DNA from: Dudresnaya verticillata
Taxonomy: Eukaryota
Direction of reading: 5' to 3'
DNA: 64,000 bases
Assembly (NCBI GenBank): GCA_977862235.1
Contig: OZ374565.1
Span: forward strand, 372,001 to 436,000
Part shown: positions 24,914-37,400 of the stretch, one piece after another
Layout: every line of letters begins with the position of its first letter
How positions within the stretch are numbered: the stretch's first letter is position 1
Made by a program: the position numbers and the translations under genes
Notes under the pieces: model-generated
Seen by the model: only the letters and a program-made list of their open reading frames with translations
Database searches by the model: none
Told to the model about the DNA's origin: nothing

Positions 24914-25404
24914 GCGGGCCGAAAAGAGTAGTGAAGCGGAGCGCCGCGCGGATGAGATCTTCTACTTGAGTTCTTCTCCCTGAAGCTTGAAAACTTGAAG
25001 GTCTTCTGCCTGAGGTCTTCTACCTGAAAGCTTGAGCCTGAGACTTGATGGTCTTCTCCCTGAGATTCTTGAAGGTGTAGCAACACCGGCACAACCGGCC
25101 GCGCCAACAAGGCGATGAGAAGCGACGGCGAAGCGCGCAGTCGCGTGAGCACCGCTCCGAAGCAGCTCGCGGAAGCGCCGCTGCGTACGACGCCGTGCAG
25201 GGAAGGGCGAGCGCGATTCGCGTTATGAAAGGAAAGACGCGCACGCCGCGTGGGAGTAATGAAGGATGAAGGCCGGAGGGCGACAAAGGAGGAGAGAGAA
25301 GGAAGCCGATGGCGCAGCGCAGCTGGGAACGTTGAAGAGCGTTGAGTTGCTGCGGGCTGTTGATGCCGAGACGTGAGAAGTCGCAATCGGGTTGCAACCC
25401 TTTG

Positions 25405-25412
25405 CTTATATA
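25405..25412 (-). promoter_or_regulatory. Candidate TATA box for the antisense ORF
   Basis: TATATAAG on the minus strand in a GC-rich context, about 490 nt upstream of the 24913 ATG. Confidence 0.4.
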
Positions 25413-25688
25413 GCCGCGCCGCCGCGCCAAAATTGGCTCACGCAAACTCGTGAGCCGCAATGCTCACGAGTCGCCGACGTCGAGACGGGCGTGCCCGCAC
25501 ACTGAGGTGATGGCCCGCGATGACACGCATGTAACCCGGGCCTGCACGGCCGCTGGCCCGACTTAATTCCCCACCGGGCGCGATACATAGACAGACGTTG
25601 GGCGCTCAACCGCTCAGGAAGGAGATTTAAGATTCAGAAACCGCCAATCATAGCCTCGCGGGCCGCTTCGGTCTTCAGAGGGGGGCTG

Positions 25689-26489
25689 TGTGGCAGTATG
25701 GACGCTGTCAGCAGAAGGGCTTACAGAAGCGCACTTCTTTTCGCGGGACAGACTGTCCCTTAATCAGGACAGCTGTCCTTTCATCGCTGTACACGTGGAT
25801 GACACTTGGGATACACGTGTGTACACGTGGACTTACAGCTGCACACGTGGCATACACGTGGCCTTGTAATGACGCCAGTTGGGCGTCTCGTATTGGCTGA
25901 TTTATGACGCGCCGCTGCGCTCCTACTCACGGACGAGGAGCACCTCTGCGCTCAGGGTATCGACAGTGCAGCCGGGACCTCGGCTTGCGCACCGGCGCAT
26001 CCGCCACCAAGTCCCCTAACTGGAATGCATTCCCACTTTTGACTTGTACTGACTGTACTAATCTTTGTATCTATAATCGTAGACTAACTTATACCCCCTT
26101 TTGGGCTGATAGAGTTTTCGGCTGTCAAGCCCTACTTATGGGCGCCGGAATAGCCGGCGCCCTCAGAATAAACACTCAGCGGAGTTGTCCGGGAAGTTTC
26201 CATCTTTTGGTCGCTCGGACGCTCCGCGCCTGCAGGGGTCGCCCAGTACAGGCCCGGACATCGTACGACAAGTACTCTACGAAACACCGGGTCGCAACCT
26301 CTATACTTTCCTTCAGCCGGTCGCGCCGAGTCTTTACCTTGCTTCCGCACCCCCCCTTTCGGGTCATCAGGGCCCGCCTTTTCCAAGCCTCTACCAATCC
26401 TCCCTCGAGCTACCACCAATTAGCGTGTGACATCGGACAGCTGTCTTTTCTTGTTCTTTGCTGTTTCTGGCCGCTGCCATACTGCTACA
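25689..26489 (+). mobile_element. 3' LTR of element E (801 bp)
   Basis: PPT AGAGGGGGG just upstream. 13-bp terminal IR TGTGGCAGTATGG / CCATACTGCTACA. No 5' partner LTR found in the window. Confidence 0.82.
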
Positions 26490-26815
26490 GCTCACACCGC
26501 GGAAGGGCAAGGCTAAGGTTGATAAGAACAACAGGTCCAAAGACGGTCAGAAAGGCAGTGCTACCGACCGGGGAAACTCCGTAAACAATGCAGGGAAGGA
26601 CCGGGAACGTCCTGCGCCTATTTTTCTAAACGAGGTCTGTGCGAAGAAGTGGAAGCTCCATCCTGGAGGGGTTCGTAATTGCCCGTTCACCGACCCTGAG
26701 AAGGCTGAGGCCGTGATCAAGGAACACATTACCCGCAAGTGAGATAAGGCTGAGGAGGCAAGGCAGGTTCGCTTCGACCAACAAGACATTTATGTGAATA
26801 CTACGCTAATGGGAG

Positions 26816-27489
26816 TGTGGTGTAGTAAGCCGAGGCGCGCATGCGGCACGCCGACGGCGAGCGAACCGTAACGGGTGATGTGGCAATACGCCACGCTGAT
26901 GATCTGGCAACTGTAATCGTGGCGGGTGTGTGCGCATTACTGTGCACTTGTCTGCATCGCTGTACTGTAAGTGGAGCGCACCAAACGTAGCGGAGTATTT
27001 GTAGTCTTTATTCTTTATTTTTAGTGAGTCTGTGTACAGTGTGTAGAGTAGCGCGCCAGCCAATGAGAATGCTGCGCATGTCCGTGTCGGAGATTCGGAC
27101 CAGCAGGGCCAATTCCACCATAGGACCAGACCACTAGGGTCCGGCCCCCACGGACCGGACCGCTCGGTGCCACCCTGACTTGTATATCAGGGCGGCACCG
27201 CAGCGGCTCCTAAGGTAAAGGGGTAAGCAACCTTAGCCCAATCCTTTGCGGTTTTCCCCGCGCCGAGCCCGTTGCAGTCTACCACCACCACCGTTACGGA
27301 GTCCGTCCCGGCACTTGTACCACCCCCTTGTCTGTTGCTTCCGAATATCCGTCTCGGTTAGCCGCTCGCTGTACTCCCGTTTCGGTGCGAACTGCTCTAC
27401 CACCCCGTGGAGGTAGTGTTGCTCTCGTCCGTTAAGGAAAGTCAGGCCAGCTGTCCGTCTCGGAGTTCGTTGGTTTTCACTACACCACA
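26816..27489 (+). mobile_element. Solo LTR G (674 bp)
   Basis: Perfect 11-bp IR TGTGGTGTAGT / ACTACACCACA and GGGAG TSD at 26811-15 / 27490-94. Confidence 0.92.
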
Positions 27490-27615
27490 GGGAGCTACAT
27501 TCGCTGGGCTAGTGGAACGCACGACGTGTGCTGATGGCGTTTCAGACATAAATTTGATGCCGCCAGGACTGTATGCCACACTTCTAGAGAAGAGAGCAGA
27601 CATGTCAGTGAAGAC

Positions 27616-28389
27616 TGTAATATAGACGTCGGGTCGATCCGACGTCTGGTACTTGCTGGTCCGAAGCCGCCAAACAGACCCGTCGATGGGTAGCTGTTGG
27701 GGTTGGTAGAGCGGTGTCGGCCGCGTGCGCCCCGCAGGTGTGGATCGACGACGTCGATGCCGAAGCGCGCACGGGGCGTACCGTACGTGGGTAGGCAGCG
27801 GCCGGATCCCAGCGTTCCTGTCGAAGGGCGGCACGAAGCCGACGGAAAGGAAAAGGAAAGGGGAAAGCCTAGCGAGGCAAGGTGAAAAAGGGAAACCGCC
27901 CGCTGGCGTAAGGCATAGGGATCGAACCCGAAAAGGCTGGGGGCAAGCTTCAGCGCGAGCTGTTGCTTACCCGGTTTACTGAGCCGTCGATGGCCGACGG
28001 TCTTAAATACCCTACACTATGTGCACTACGACTAATTCTACAGTAGGTGCGCCCCACAACACCAACGCGGGAGGTGTGCGAGCGCGCGCCCATACACGTG
28101 TCGACACGTCCGGGTAACGGTTACCCGTGGGCGCGCGCGGGGCGTAACGGGCAGCGGCCCTCTCAACGGCTCGATGCCGGAGAGTGTCACAGGGGCGCGC
28201 CATGTGCGGCACGGCGCGTGGCCGCTGCCGGCAGTAATGCGGTCGACCGCTACTAATTCAACGAAAAAACGAAGGGCACGCTGCCCAACCACGACTCGCC
28301 AGCGGGCGTCATCGTGTGAACCCTTACAGTGCAGAGCTGCCAGCATACCTTACAGCCGCTGCTGGTAGGGTGCTGACAGCTATACTACA
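27616..28389 (-). mobile_element. Solo LTR H (774 bp)
   Basis: TGTAATATAG / CTATACTACA termini and AAGAC TSD at 27611-15 / 28390-94. Removal rejoins the protease frame. Strand inferred. Confidence 0.9.
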
Positions 28390-29804
28390 AAGACGTTTGA
28401 AAAGACAAATAAGTTCGGGCTAGCAGCGTCCGACTGTCATGTCCAGTACAGTAAGGAGGTGTCTCTTGACACCGAACTCCACATAAGGCACGGCAAATCA
28501 CTGATGATACGGAACCTAAAGTGGTATGCGTCAGTCCAGAAAATGAAAGAGCCGTTTTTGGGACGCCCGATTCAAGAAGCCCTGGGATTAGATGCTAAGA
28601 AGATGTTAAAGGCAACGTGCGATAGGTACCGAGGGATGGTAGATGCTAATGATTTAGTAGAAAGCGAGGAGTACGTAGAAGGTTCGATAGCTAGGATCCT
28701 GTCATCGAGACTCTTCCACTCGGACAAGGCAGCGACGGAGGATGATTCCGCAGCAGAAGAAGGGCATTCGATTGATCTTGGAATCGATACGCCGGAGGAG
28801 CTAGATGCAGCATTTAATAGGATGCTCAGGCAAGCAGAAGAGAATGGGATTAGTCAACCAGGATTGGAATATATGCGAAAATTGTTGGGCGAGTACTCTG
28901 ACGTGTTCTGCGTAAGATTAGGCCTCGGGCTGCCAGCGGACGTGGAGCCAATGCAAGTACACATCAAGGAAGGTTTGGTCCCATATATTGCGAAGGCACG
29001 GTGTTAGCCAACTGATCAACGTGCGTTCATGTCGAAGTTTATGAGCAGACTGATCGACTATGGTATGGCAAAGCCCAACCCGAATGCTGAATGGGCTGCG
29101 CCTGCGCTACTGGTCCCGAAGAACCCCCGGCGAAATACAGACTCACTTTCGATCTGAGACGAGTTAATCAGTGTACGAAACCCACGACGTGGCCAATGCC
29201 ACAAATACAGTCCGAGCTCATGGACTTCTCTGGGAGTGGATTCTTCGCGAGTATTGATTTCTGTAACGGATATTGGCAGATGCCGTTACACCAGGACAGC
29301 CAGGCCTATCACAGTTTCCTGACACCTACATGGGCATGTCAGCCGACGAGAACCCTTCAGGGCGCCCAGAACGCCGCCCAAAACTTCCAGTCAAGGGTGG
29401 AACCGTGTTTCAGAGAGTTGAAGGAATTGCTAAAGGCATTGCTCGACGATTTTGCAGTACATAATCGGCCGGAGGCTGGTCTGATACAAACTCTAAGGTC
29501 ATTCTTTGAAATATGCAGATAGAGAAACTTGAAGATCTCAGCAAGAAGACGGTATTATTCGCTAGGACACTGCGTTGGTGCGGATACGTTGTCGACAAGG
29601 ACGGGGTGGAATGCGACCCGCGTCGGCTCAGCGGCCTGAAGGACGGGCACCCACCCGTCAATGCAGCAGAATTGTCTCAGTTTGTCAATTGTCTCCAATG
29701 CATGAGCGCGTACATCCCAGACTTTGCGCAAAGGATCTTGTGCACAGATCTCGCCACTACGTGATGTACTAGAACGGTCTCAACTCCTTCAGGAGTAGAC
29801 TACG

Positions 29805-31891
29805 TTACGGTCTTCTTCGGCGACGAGGTCGTGCGGTGGCCCCACGCCTTGATGGCTTCTCCACCCGGGGATTCTCTGGGCACAAGGACCCTGGGGTCCT
29901 CGCGCCCCTCTCGATCTCGTCAACGCCTACTGGTGTAATCTCGTCAGGGGGTGGACTGTCCAGTCGCCCCTGTAACGGATATACACCGGATGGAGTTCCC
30001 CACTCGCACGACAACGGAATCCTTGATGGCCCCTCCGTCATGGGGTACAACCTCGAGCGGGAGCGCATCGCGTGCCAGCTCGACATTTGCTCGTTGATTA
30101 ACCACACCGGCTCGGGGTCTTCTTCTGACGGGAAATAGGCCATCTCACATCCAGAGTTGAGCGGTGGCAACAACAGCAGGCCGTCTTCATCCCAATGGTA
30201 ACCGGTAAACCCTGGGTTCTCTACCATTTGGTTTTCGCGTGGACCGTGAATGAAGAGTCGCTCAACACGCGCCAAAGGGTATTCGGTCCCCTCGACCAGC
30301 CGGGCTACTCCAACTTGGTGTATAAGCGCAACCACCTTGCCGGGAAATTTGAAGATTCGCCCACACTCGCCACCCTCCGGGTCCGTCCTGTTCCGCGGGT
30401 ATGCTCTCCAGTCGGTCATCTTCGAATTGGCTCTCATGCCCCGGTAGGTAACCTGTAACCACGAGAAAAGGACGAATATTGCCCATTCCGCTCGGCGTAT
30501 CCGCCCCAACACGGTCATCAGTGGATGGTCAGCTGACTTCTCCCCACCTGGGTGTGCAGCTTGCCAGTCGTGATGCTGTATAAACCGATTGGAGAAATAA
30601 GCCACCACCGTCGGAGTTGGCACTGACAACCAACGGGTGACTTAGTACTCAGCCCTCCAATCCGGAGCGGTGCAGTACAGTCGACGATGCGCGCTCCCGG
30701 CGCCACCTGGAAAAAATCGTTCGTGTTCCAAGTATGGAGTATCACCCTTCTGAGGTGGCGCACGTCTCTACCCCGCAACAGGATCCGGTGTTCTTTCGCT
30801 GCGTCATCCGCCCACCGTTGCGGATTCCCAAACCAGTGGAAGCCTTGGTAGTACGGCTTCTCGTAGCACAGGAAGACGACACGAACTGCAAGGTCTCGCA
30901 GTCGATGGGCCAGCGCCAGCAGCCGACACACCTTGTTGGGGTAGCCTTCCTGTTCCTGACACCTCAACCACACGATGTCGCAACCGGTTGGAGTCCTCAC
31001 TCTACAATTTGAGTGGATCCACCTAGCCCTCCACATCTCCTCACGCCGATTCGGGAACCACTTGTTGTTGATTTACCCACTGGAGTCCGTTACGGCGCTA
31101 TAGCGACGTCCCGGGAGGTTGTCACCATCGTTTGCCACGAGCACCGCTACCGGCATGGGGAGGAGGACCATATCAGGCTCCTCTTCAGTACGCTGCCGCC
31201 GGCCGGTACGGTGATCATAGTCCCGACCCGGCAACGTTCTTTCATCGGTGTATCCCGTCGATTCCGCGTGCCCATGGTAGCTCCCTTGCGTTCCCGGCGT
31301 ATATGGCAGCGAGCCCGACGGTCCGCCGCCTGCACCCATGTGGAGTGGGGGTGAGGCTACTGCACCTCCAACTTGCCCATACGGGGGACCCGGCGCGTAC
31401 GTCTCGTATCGCCGATGCGGAGTTGCCCGACGATAGCCAAGGGACCCCATCGCGGTGTTGCCTTTCGAGGGGCCAAGCCGTTGTGCCCCCAGCCCCACTT
31501 GTCGATCCGGAGGCGGAGTAGGCGTCGTTGGAGCCTCGCCACCATCACGCCGCCTCGGCACCCGCGGGCTTATCGCACGTGTCGGCAACGCCGGTGTTGC
31601 GCTCGTTGCAGCCACAAACTCCGGCATGGTGTCCGCGGGCTCGCCGCCTTCTCCTTCTTCTGCTTCCGGCCCAGGAGCCTCTCCCACTAAGGGTGTATGC
31701 CGTGTCGGATGGAAGGGGCGCCGTGCGCGGTCAGTGTTACCGCCCGCCATCGCTAGCGGCACACCGGGTTGGACTCGAGCGTTTGTGGATTTGCCCGAGG
31801 TGGAGCGCACTGTTGGTGTTAGTTCCGCTGTTGGATACACCTGAGTGGAGATGCCAAAGACGTGCTGCGGCGCACGAGGACGTGGCGCCAT
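29805..31891 (-). pseudogene. Antisense accessory ORF of element I (one stop, one frameshift), unknown protein
   Basis: 31073..31891 and 30518..31036 are in frame, then a frameshift to 29805..30629. Shares motifs with the element E ORF. Ends PRRRRRP. Confidence 0.7.
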
Positions 31892-31906
31892 TGAAGAAGG
31901 GGGGTC

Positions 31907-32592
31907 TGTGGTGAAGTGTCCGTTTCGGAGTGCGGACGACGGGCGAGCCGACGTGCGACCGTCGACAACCCGCGCTCTGCTAAGCGCGCGTCAAAAGCCG
32001 AAGCGGGAGTACAGCGACACAGTAGCACTGTATGCCCTGCTGGAGTCTGCGCTCACCACCAATCGGAGCCAAGTAGTTGATTTATTTGTAATTAGGTAAT
32101 TGTAATGATGCTGTACAGTACGTAGTGTCAGCCAGCCAATAAGAATGCCGAGCATGTCCGAAACGTTGACCGGGACCAGTAGGACCGGACCCACCTGGTG
32201 GACCAGACCCATTGGGGTCTGGCCCACACGGACCGGACCGCGGGGCGTATCTCCCAGTATAATAATGGGTGGCCACCGCGAGTCCTACAGTAAACGGGTA
32301 CGCAACCCTGGGCAAAGTGACTCACCCTAAGCCTTACCCTCATACTCCTTTTCGGTTTCCCCTCGCCAGCCCGGTGCACGGATTCGTCTTACCTCCGTCC
32401 CGGCGTAGCTGTCCTGTCACTGTACCGTCCTCCTTGTCCGTTGCGTCCTGTTACTCCTTACAGGTTTTGCCGCTCTAGGTACTCCCTTCGGTCTACGAAC
32501 TAAGCTCTACCTCCCCGGTGCCGTGTTAGATCACTCCTTCTTGGGATTGCCTGATCAAATCTCCTTAAAGGTGCGCCTTTCACTACAGCACA
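31907..32592 (+). mobile_element. 3' LTR of element I (686 bp), related to LTR G
   Basis: PPT GAAGAAGGGGGG at 31893-31904. TGTGGTGAAGT...ACTACAGCACA termini. Shares CGGACCGGACC and GCATGTCCG blocks with G. Confidence 0.82.
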
Positions 32593-32616
32593 TCAAGCGA
32601 AAACGTTTTGGCAGTG

Positions 32617-33200
32617 TGTAGTAGTATGGCCCGTCAAGGCAGAAACCCGCCAACCGGCAAGGACAGCTGTCCTGACGGTGCACAACACACTAGCTTGGGT
32701 AGCTCGGGAAAATGTTGGTAGAGACTTTGAAAGGCACAGAGCCTAAGGGAAAAGGGAAAAAATGGGCGGCGCCACCCAGCTCGCACAGAGCAACCGTCGT
32801 GTGGAGGCAAGGCTCGTAAAGCACCTGAAAGAGAGGTTACGGTGAGTCCGTGAATTCCAGAAAAAGGGTAAAGACCCAAAACCCACCGTGGGTTCTATTC
32901 AGGAGGCCCCTGCTACTCAGGGGCCTATTAAGTATACAGAGCCGAAAATGCTCTTACCTCCTGTGAGCTATTCTAAGCTATTCTAACTGTCATTATTAAT
33001 CTAATTGTACTGTTGTCAGTTATAAATACGGATTAGTGGTAGTACCGCGTCGGGACGTGTGAGCGGCCACAATAAATTACCCAATGGCAATTTGCCATCA
33101 AATTTGGTGCCAGCAGGGACGCCAGCGAGGAGCATCGCCCTTGCAGCACACGGTGCTTGTGCGCGCCTTACAGCTTGATGCGCGTGGCCGTCTTACACCT
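32617..33200 (-). mobile_element. Partial LTR J, related to LTR B; right end uncertain
   Basis: Starts TGTAGTAG and shares GGCCCCTGCTACTCAGGGGCC and GAGCCGAAAA with B. No second terminus or TSD found. Confidence 0.65.
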
Positions 33201-33986
33201 TAACGCGCACAAATGACTTACAGTGCGCCAGCACTTCTGCTGCGGCTCATTCTTCCACAGAGGGTTGTAGAACGGGGAATGCAGAATCCGTATTAAGACA
33301 GCATGCATATACAAACGGGCTGTGCTGCGGAGAAGGACGAGGCTACCCAATACTGATACGGTAATTGATATTTTTTGACGGTAGATCCTCCATTTGTATG
33401 CTTTGCTGGGCCCTGCAACCCATTATATTACTTTTGGATAGCTTAAACAAACAACCGGGTAGACAACCCGAACACTCAATTTAGGAGTAGCTTAATCAGG
33501 TAGTGCCTGGCCCCATTCCTGGGTGAGACCTTCTATTTTACCCTTTTCCTAGTATATTGTACAACATTTAGCCTTTCGCTACAGTACTATAAAGCTGCAG
33601 TGAATCGGGGAGCTGAAAACTTCCCGGCACCAAGAATGTTATCAAGAACACCAACCTCAGAAGCTTCAGCAACCCGCCGTCGCAGCCGCTACCCCGGCAC
33701 GATACGCCCCAGCCCTCGGTGTGTGTCTCGAGCTACCGAGTACACACCGTCGAATAGGCCGATTATTATTTTTACAAGGCCCACCGGTCCGCCCATCGGA
33801 CCAACTCCAAGTCGATTCTACGACAGCCACGTCTTTATTAAAATCCAGAGGCAATAATTACATCTTTTGAATGGCTCCTGTCATCCCCATCAGTTCCTGA
33901 CAACTCCTGTTGTGGCTGCGCCACTCCTAACACGCATCATGAATTTTTATGCGCGACCACTGTACATACACGTATACCATCAACAG

Positions 33987-34195
33987 GTGTGGCGTTTGTC
34001 TCGTCAGGTTCCGACGACGGATCAGTTCATGTGTGGGATTTGCGATCTCAAAGCCTATTGCTGGAGCGGAGGACGATTCACGCGCTGCCTTCAACCTGTG
34101 CCTTATGGAACCCGGTGTACCAAATGCTCACGACTTCACGCCAAAACGTTCTGTTTTGGTTGCCGGAAGGGCCGGACTCCTCTCCCGAGTACTAG
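33987..34195 (+). pseudogene. Terminal exon or fragment of a WD40 protein, WDR82/Swd2-like
   Basis: FVSSGSDDGSVHVWD...WNPVYQMLTTSRQNVLFWLP resembles the WDR82 C-terminus. Preceded by CTAAC and a CAG acceptor. No upstream exons recognised. Confidence 0.65.
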
Positions 34196-34480
34196 GTTGC
34201 TATATGTCCGAGGTTCGTGGCATGTTGATTCGTAGACCTACTGCTGTATCAAGTGTGTAGAAACTGTTGCCTCGAAAGCTTACTGCCAACTTCTCATTGT
34301 CGATCGAGAATCTGTCGAACAAAACTGGCCCTGTTTTTATAAAGGCGTCATCGCCCCAAACTGTACAGATTAAGACGGTATGTCACGTTTCACCTCAACT
34401 ACAACTTCTTCCTTGTTCTGGAAGCAGCTTCCCATCACATGGAAAGCTACAGCATACGGTCATTCCTTCTGCGCTTCTTA

Positions 34481-37400
34481 CTAAGAACTAGGCTTCACAC
34501 TCCAATGGACATAGTCGCGTGCCTGGTCCTTAACTAGAGCACGCTTCTCCTGGTCACCAAACTCTTTCTCAAAGTCCAACCACTTCTTGAAGACGAACTT
34601 CATCTTCTTCGAACTGAGTTCTAATGTCGTACATCTTTCGAACAGTTTCCTGGTTACTTCCACACTCTCAGTGTTTCCGCCTTCGAGGTCTCTTCTGCAG
34701 TAGCTTGTCTGCATTTCCAAGTAGATACTCCACAGATCTAACCTCTTTGGAAAGTTGCCGACCAGGGACTCAAAAACTGTTCTACCACGTTCAGATGAGC
34801 CAAACTTGTACTCAAACTGCGCGAACTTGCATATGACAGCGACATGTTTTCGCTTCTCAAGGCTTTTCAATGCTTTCTCTAGGCATTGTCGGGCTCCGGA
34901 GATATTCCCAGAACTGAAGCGGGCGTTTCCAAGTGATATCCACACCTTCTTTGAACCTCTGAATCGGCGACTGGCTCTCCGAAGGACTTCATCGGCCAGG
35001 CCAGTGCTCGAGGAACGTAGCACAGCTGCAGCCTGCATGTGAAAGCCCTTCATATCAGTGACACGCGCGCACCCGCGATCGAATACGCGAAACACGGCGG
35101 CGCCTCTCTTCGGACCAAACGCATCCGTAACGGTATCGCTTGTGGAATTTGATGCTCCAAACTGAGCTTCCAAGTTCAAATAAGCAATCCATACATTCAT
35201 TTGTCAGTTTCTTTTTGGAGACTTATCGTCTCCAGCGCTCGTTCGGCGATAGATCTCGCCTTGTTAACCTGAGATAGAGACCAACAAAAAGCCATGTATG
35301 GAATCCACAAAACCGATGAGTTCGGCTCTCCGACGAGTAGTCGTTCAAAATCCTCTGCTGTCTCGGGGGAGTCTAGGTTATTCGCAAGAGCCTCCTCGCG
35401 CATATTTTCGCTGTCTCTGTCGCCTCCTGTCGTTTTTCTCCCTTTTGTCCCGGGACTTGCGTTTTGTTTGCTCTCCATGACCTTCGTTTTCACCCTCCAA
35501 CTCTGGTTCCTCGTCTTTCTCTTCACGCTTTGTCGCCAGTTCGTCATCTTCGGCAAAGTTGAAGCCTTGTCGAACTCTAAGCGGGGCAATTTGAGATTTT
35601 CTTCGCCTTGAACAGTCGCTAGTTCGATGTCGCCACTCTCGACAGTACAGACATTAGCGCCGGAGCCCTCATCTGAGCCAGACGAACCCTCCAGTTCACT
35701 CTCTCTGTCATTGAATGGTTCGTCTCTGTCAGCATTGCTGTCTTCTCCATCCAAGATTCTCGGAACCATGTCAACATCTTCAGCACTCCTTAAGGCTGCT
35801 TGACGAGAGTTTTGGTTACTCTCAATAAGGGCATTCATATGGTCTTCATCAAGGCCAGCGGCTTCGAAGTAACATGTTTTGGTGCCAACCTTAACACCCT
35901 TTTCATCGACTTTGATGACAATTGCGTTAACCGTCTGTCCTACACACCATTCCTCATTCGGGTTTTGAATGAAGCGATCCTGATCTACCTCAATTTTGTG
36001 CAACAACGCAGTAACTTTTTTGGATAGTTCAAGCACCGCGCCATAGTTTCCTATGTGCTTGACAGTCCCCGTCACCTTGGTTCCCTCCTGCAAGTCTTTG
36101 ACAGCTGAATTCTCTTTCAATTTCTTCGTTGGGCGCTTTCGCAAGATGAGTGGAATACGTATCTCCCCGTTGTTACTCTTGGGTTTGCCGGCCCCCTTCA
36201 ACAAGCATACCAACCAGAAATTATTCTTCCGGATCCTTGACATAGCCATCCGCGAGGTCACAAAGCAAAACCTGAGCAGATGCATTTCTTCCGACCGCTA
36301 CAAAGTACCCTTTCTTGCTCACAACTCTAACAAACCCACGCATTTTCGCTCCCTCTTTGATCAACGGCATGGTGGCCTTCGTGACGAGTAGATCTCCACC
36401 GGAATCCGTGTCACTGGGTCTCACGGAAAGGCATATTGCCCCATCGGCTGAATCGGAATTCGAATCGAGCCCAACCTTCCGAACCCGAACGACGTCACCT
36501 TTCTGAACTGTTTGCATCTTCTGAGCGACCTCACCGAAGTTTACCGCCATGTCACACAGACCTACGGTTCCAAGGGCGATATTTTTCGCCGTAGCATCAC
36601 GAGTGAACCACGGGATCTCCACTCGGAGCCCAACTCCTTGCATCACGGCTTGTACTATTCCGTGGAAGAACCCAGGGTCTTTGCCGTTCTCGGAGAGAGC
36701 GCCCCAAATCCGACCATTTTCTTTCTCCTCGACTTCGGTAACCATGCACACTACTTCAGATGCCACCTTTAAATCGATAGGGTCCCCTTGGACCCGGCAG
36801 CTTACATCCATACAGCATATCGATGCAGACGCGTTCACTGCCACCCGCGTATACGACTGGGTGCGGTCCTCAGACTTGCCAGAATTAGATTTGCGTAGGC
36901 GGGACGACAAGTGGGTTACGAACCCTACCACTTTGCTCCCTTTCGCAATCGCGTGATGCCTCGCTCGTTCTTCTGAAAGGGAAAGTTCGACCACCACTGG
37001 GGTATTCTCTTCACCCTCGCACATGCGACGGCGAATCCCAGAAATGAAGGCATGTTCAACACGGCTTCCGTCCTTCGGTAGAACAAAACGAGTACTCAGA
37101 TTGGCAGGGAGAACCCCAAGAGGCATCCCTAATGTTTCCTCCGGAGTGACAAAAGAATGATTGGTCCTGTGCAGATGCCCTACAACACCGCGCGCAATCG
37201 CCACGAAGCTATGCAGCGGGAAAGTTCGATTTATCTTGCCTTTGATGTGTCTTCCTAGAACCTTCTGCTCCTCTACTAAAGATTGTCGAAGCAGTGTCAA
37301 CGTATCGCCAGTTCTGTCATCGTTGTGTTGGGTTACCTTTTGAGAATGTCGTTGCTGACTCGCCCGAAAACATTTTCAGTCAATCATAACCAAGTTGCTT

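Larger units (their letters stand above)
26490..29777 (+). pseudogene. pol: Truncated Gypsy F: gag tail, protease and RT, split by solo LTRs G and H
   Basis: Degenerate knuckle, TCADGVSDIN protease-like motif, YRLTFDLRRVN, FFASIDFCNGYWQM and LLDDF. Related to element A pol. Confidence 0.88.
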
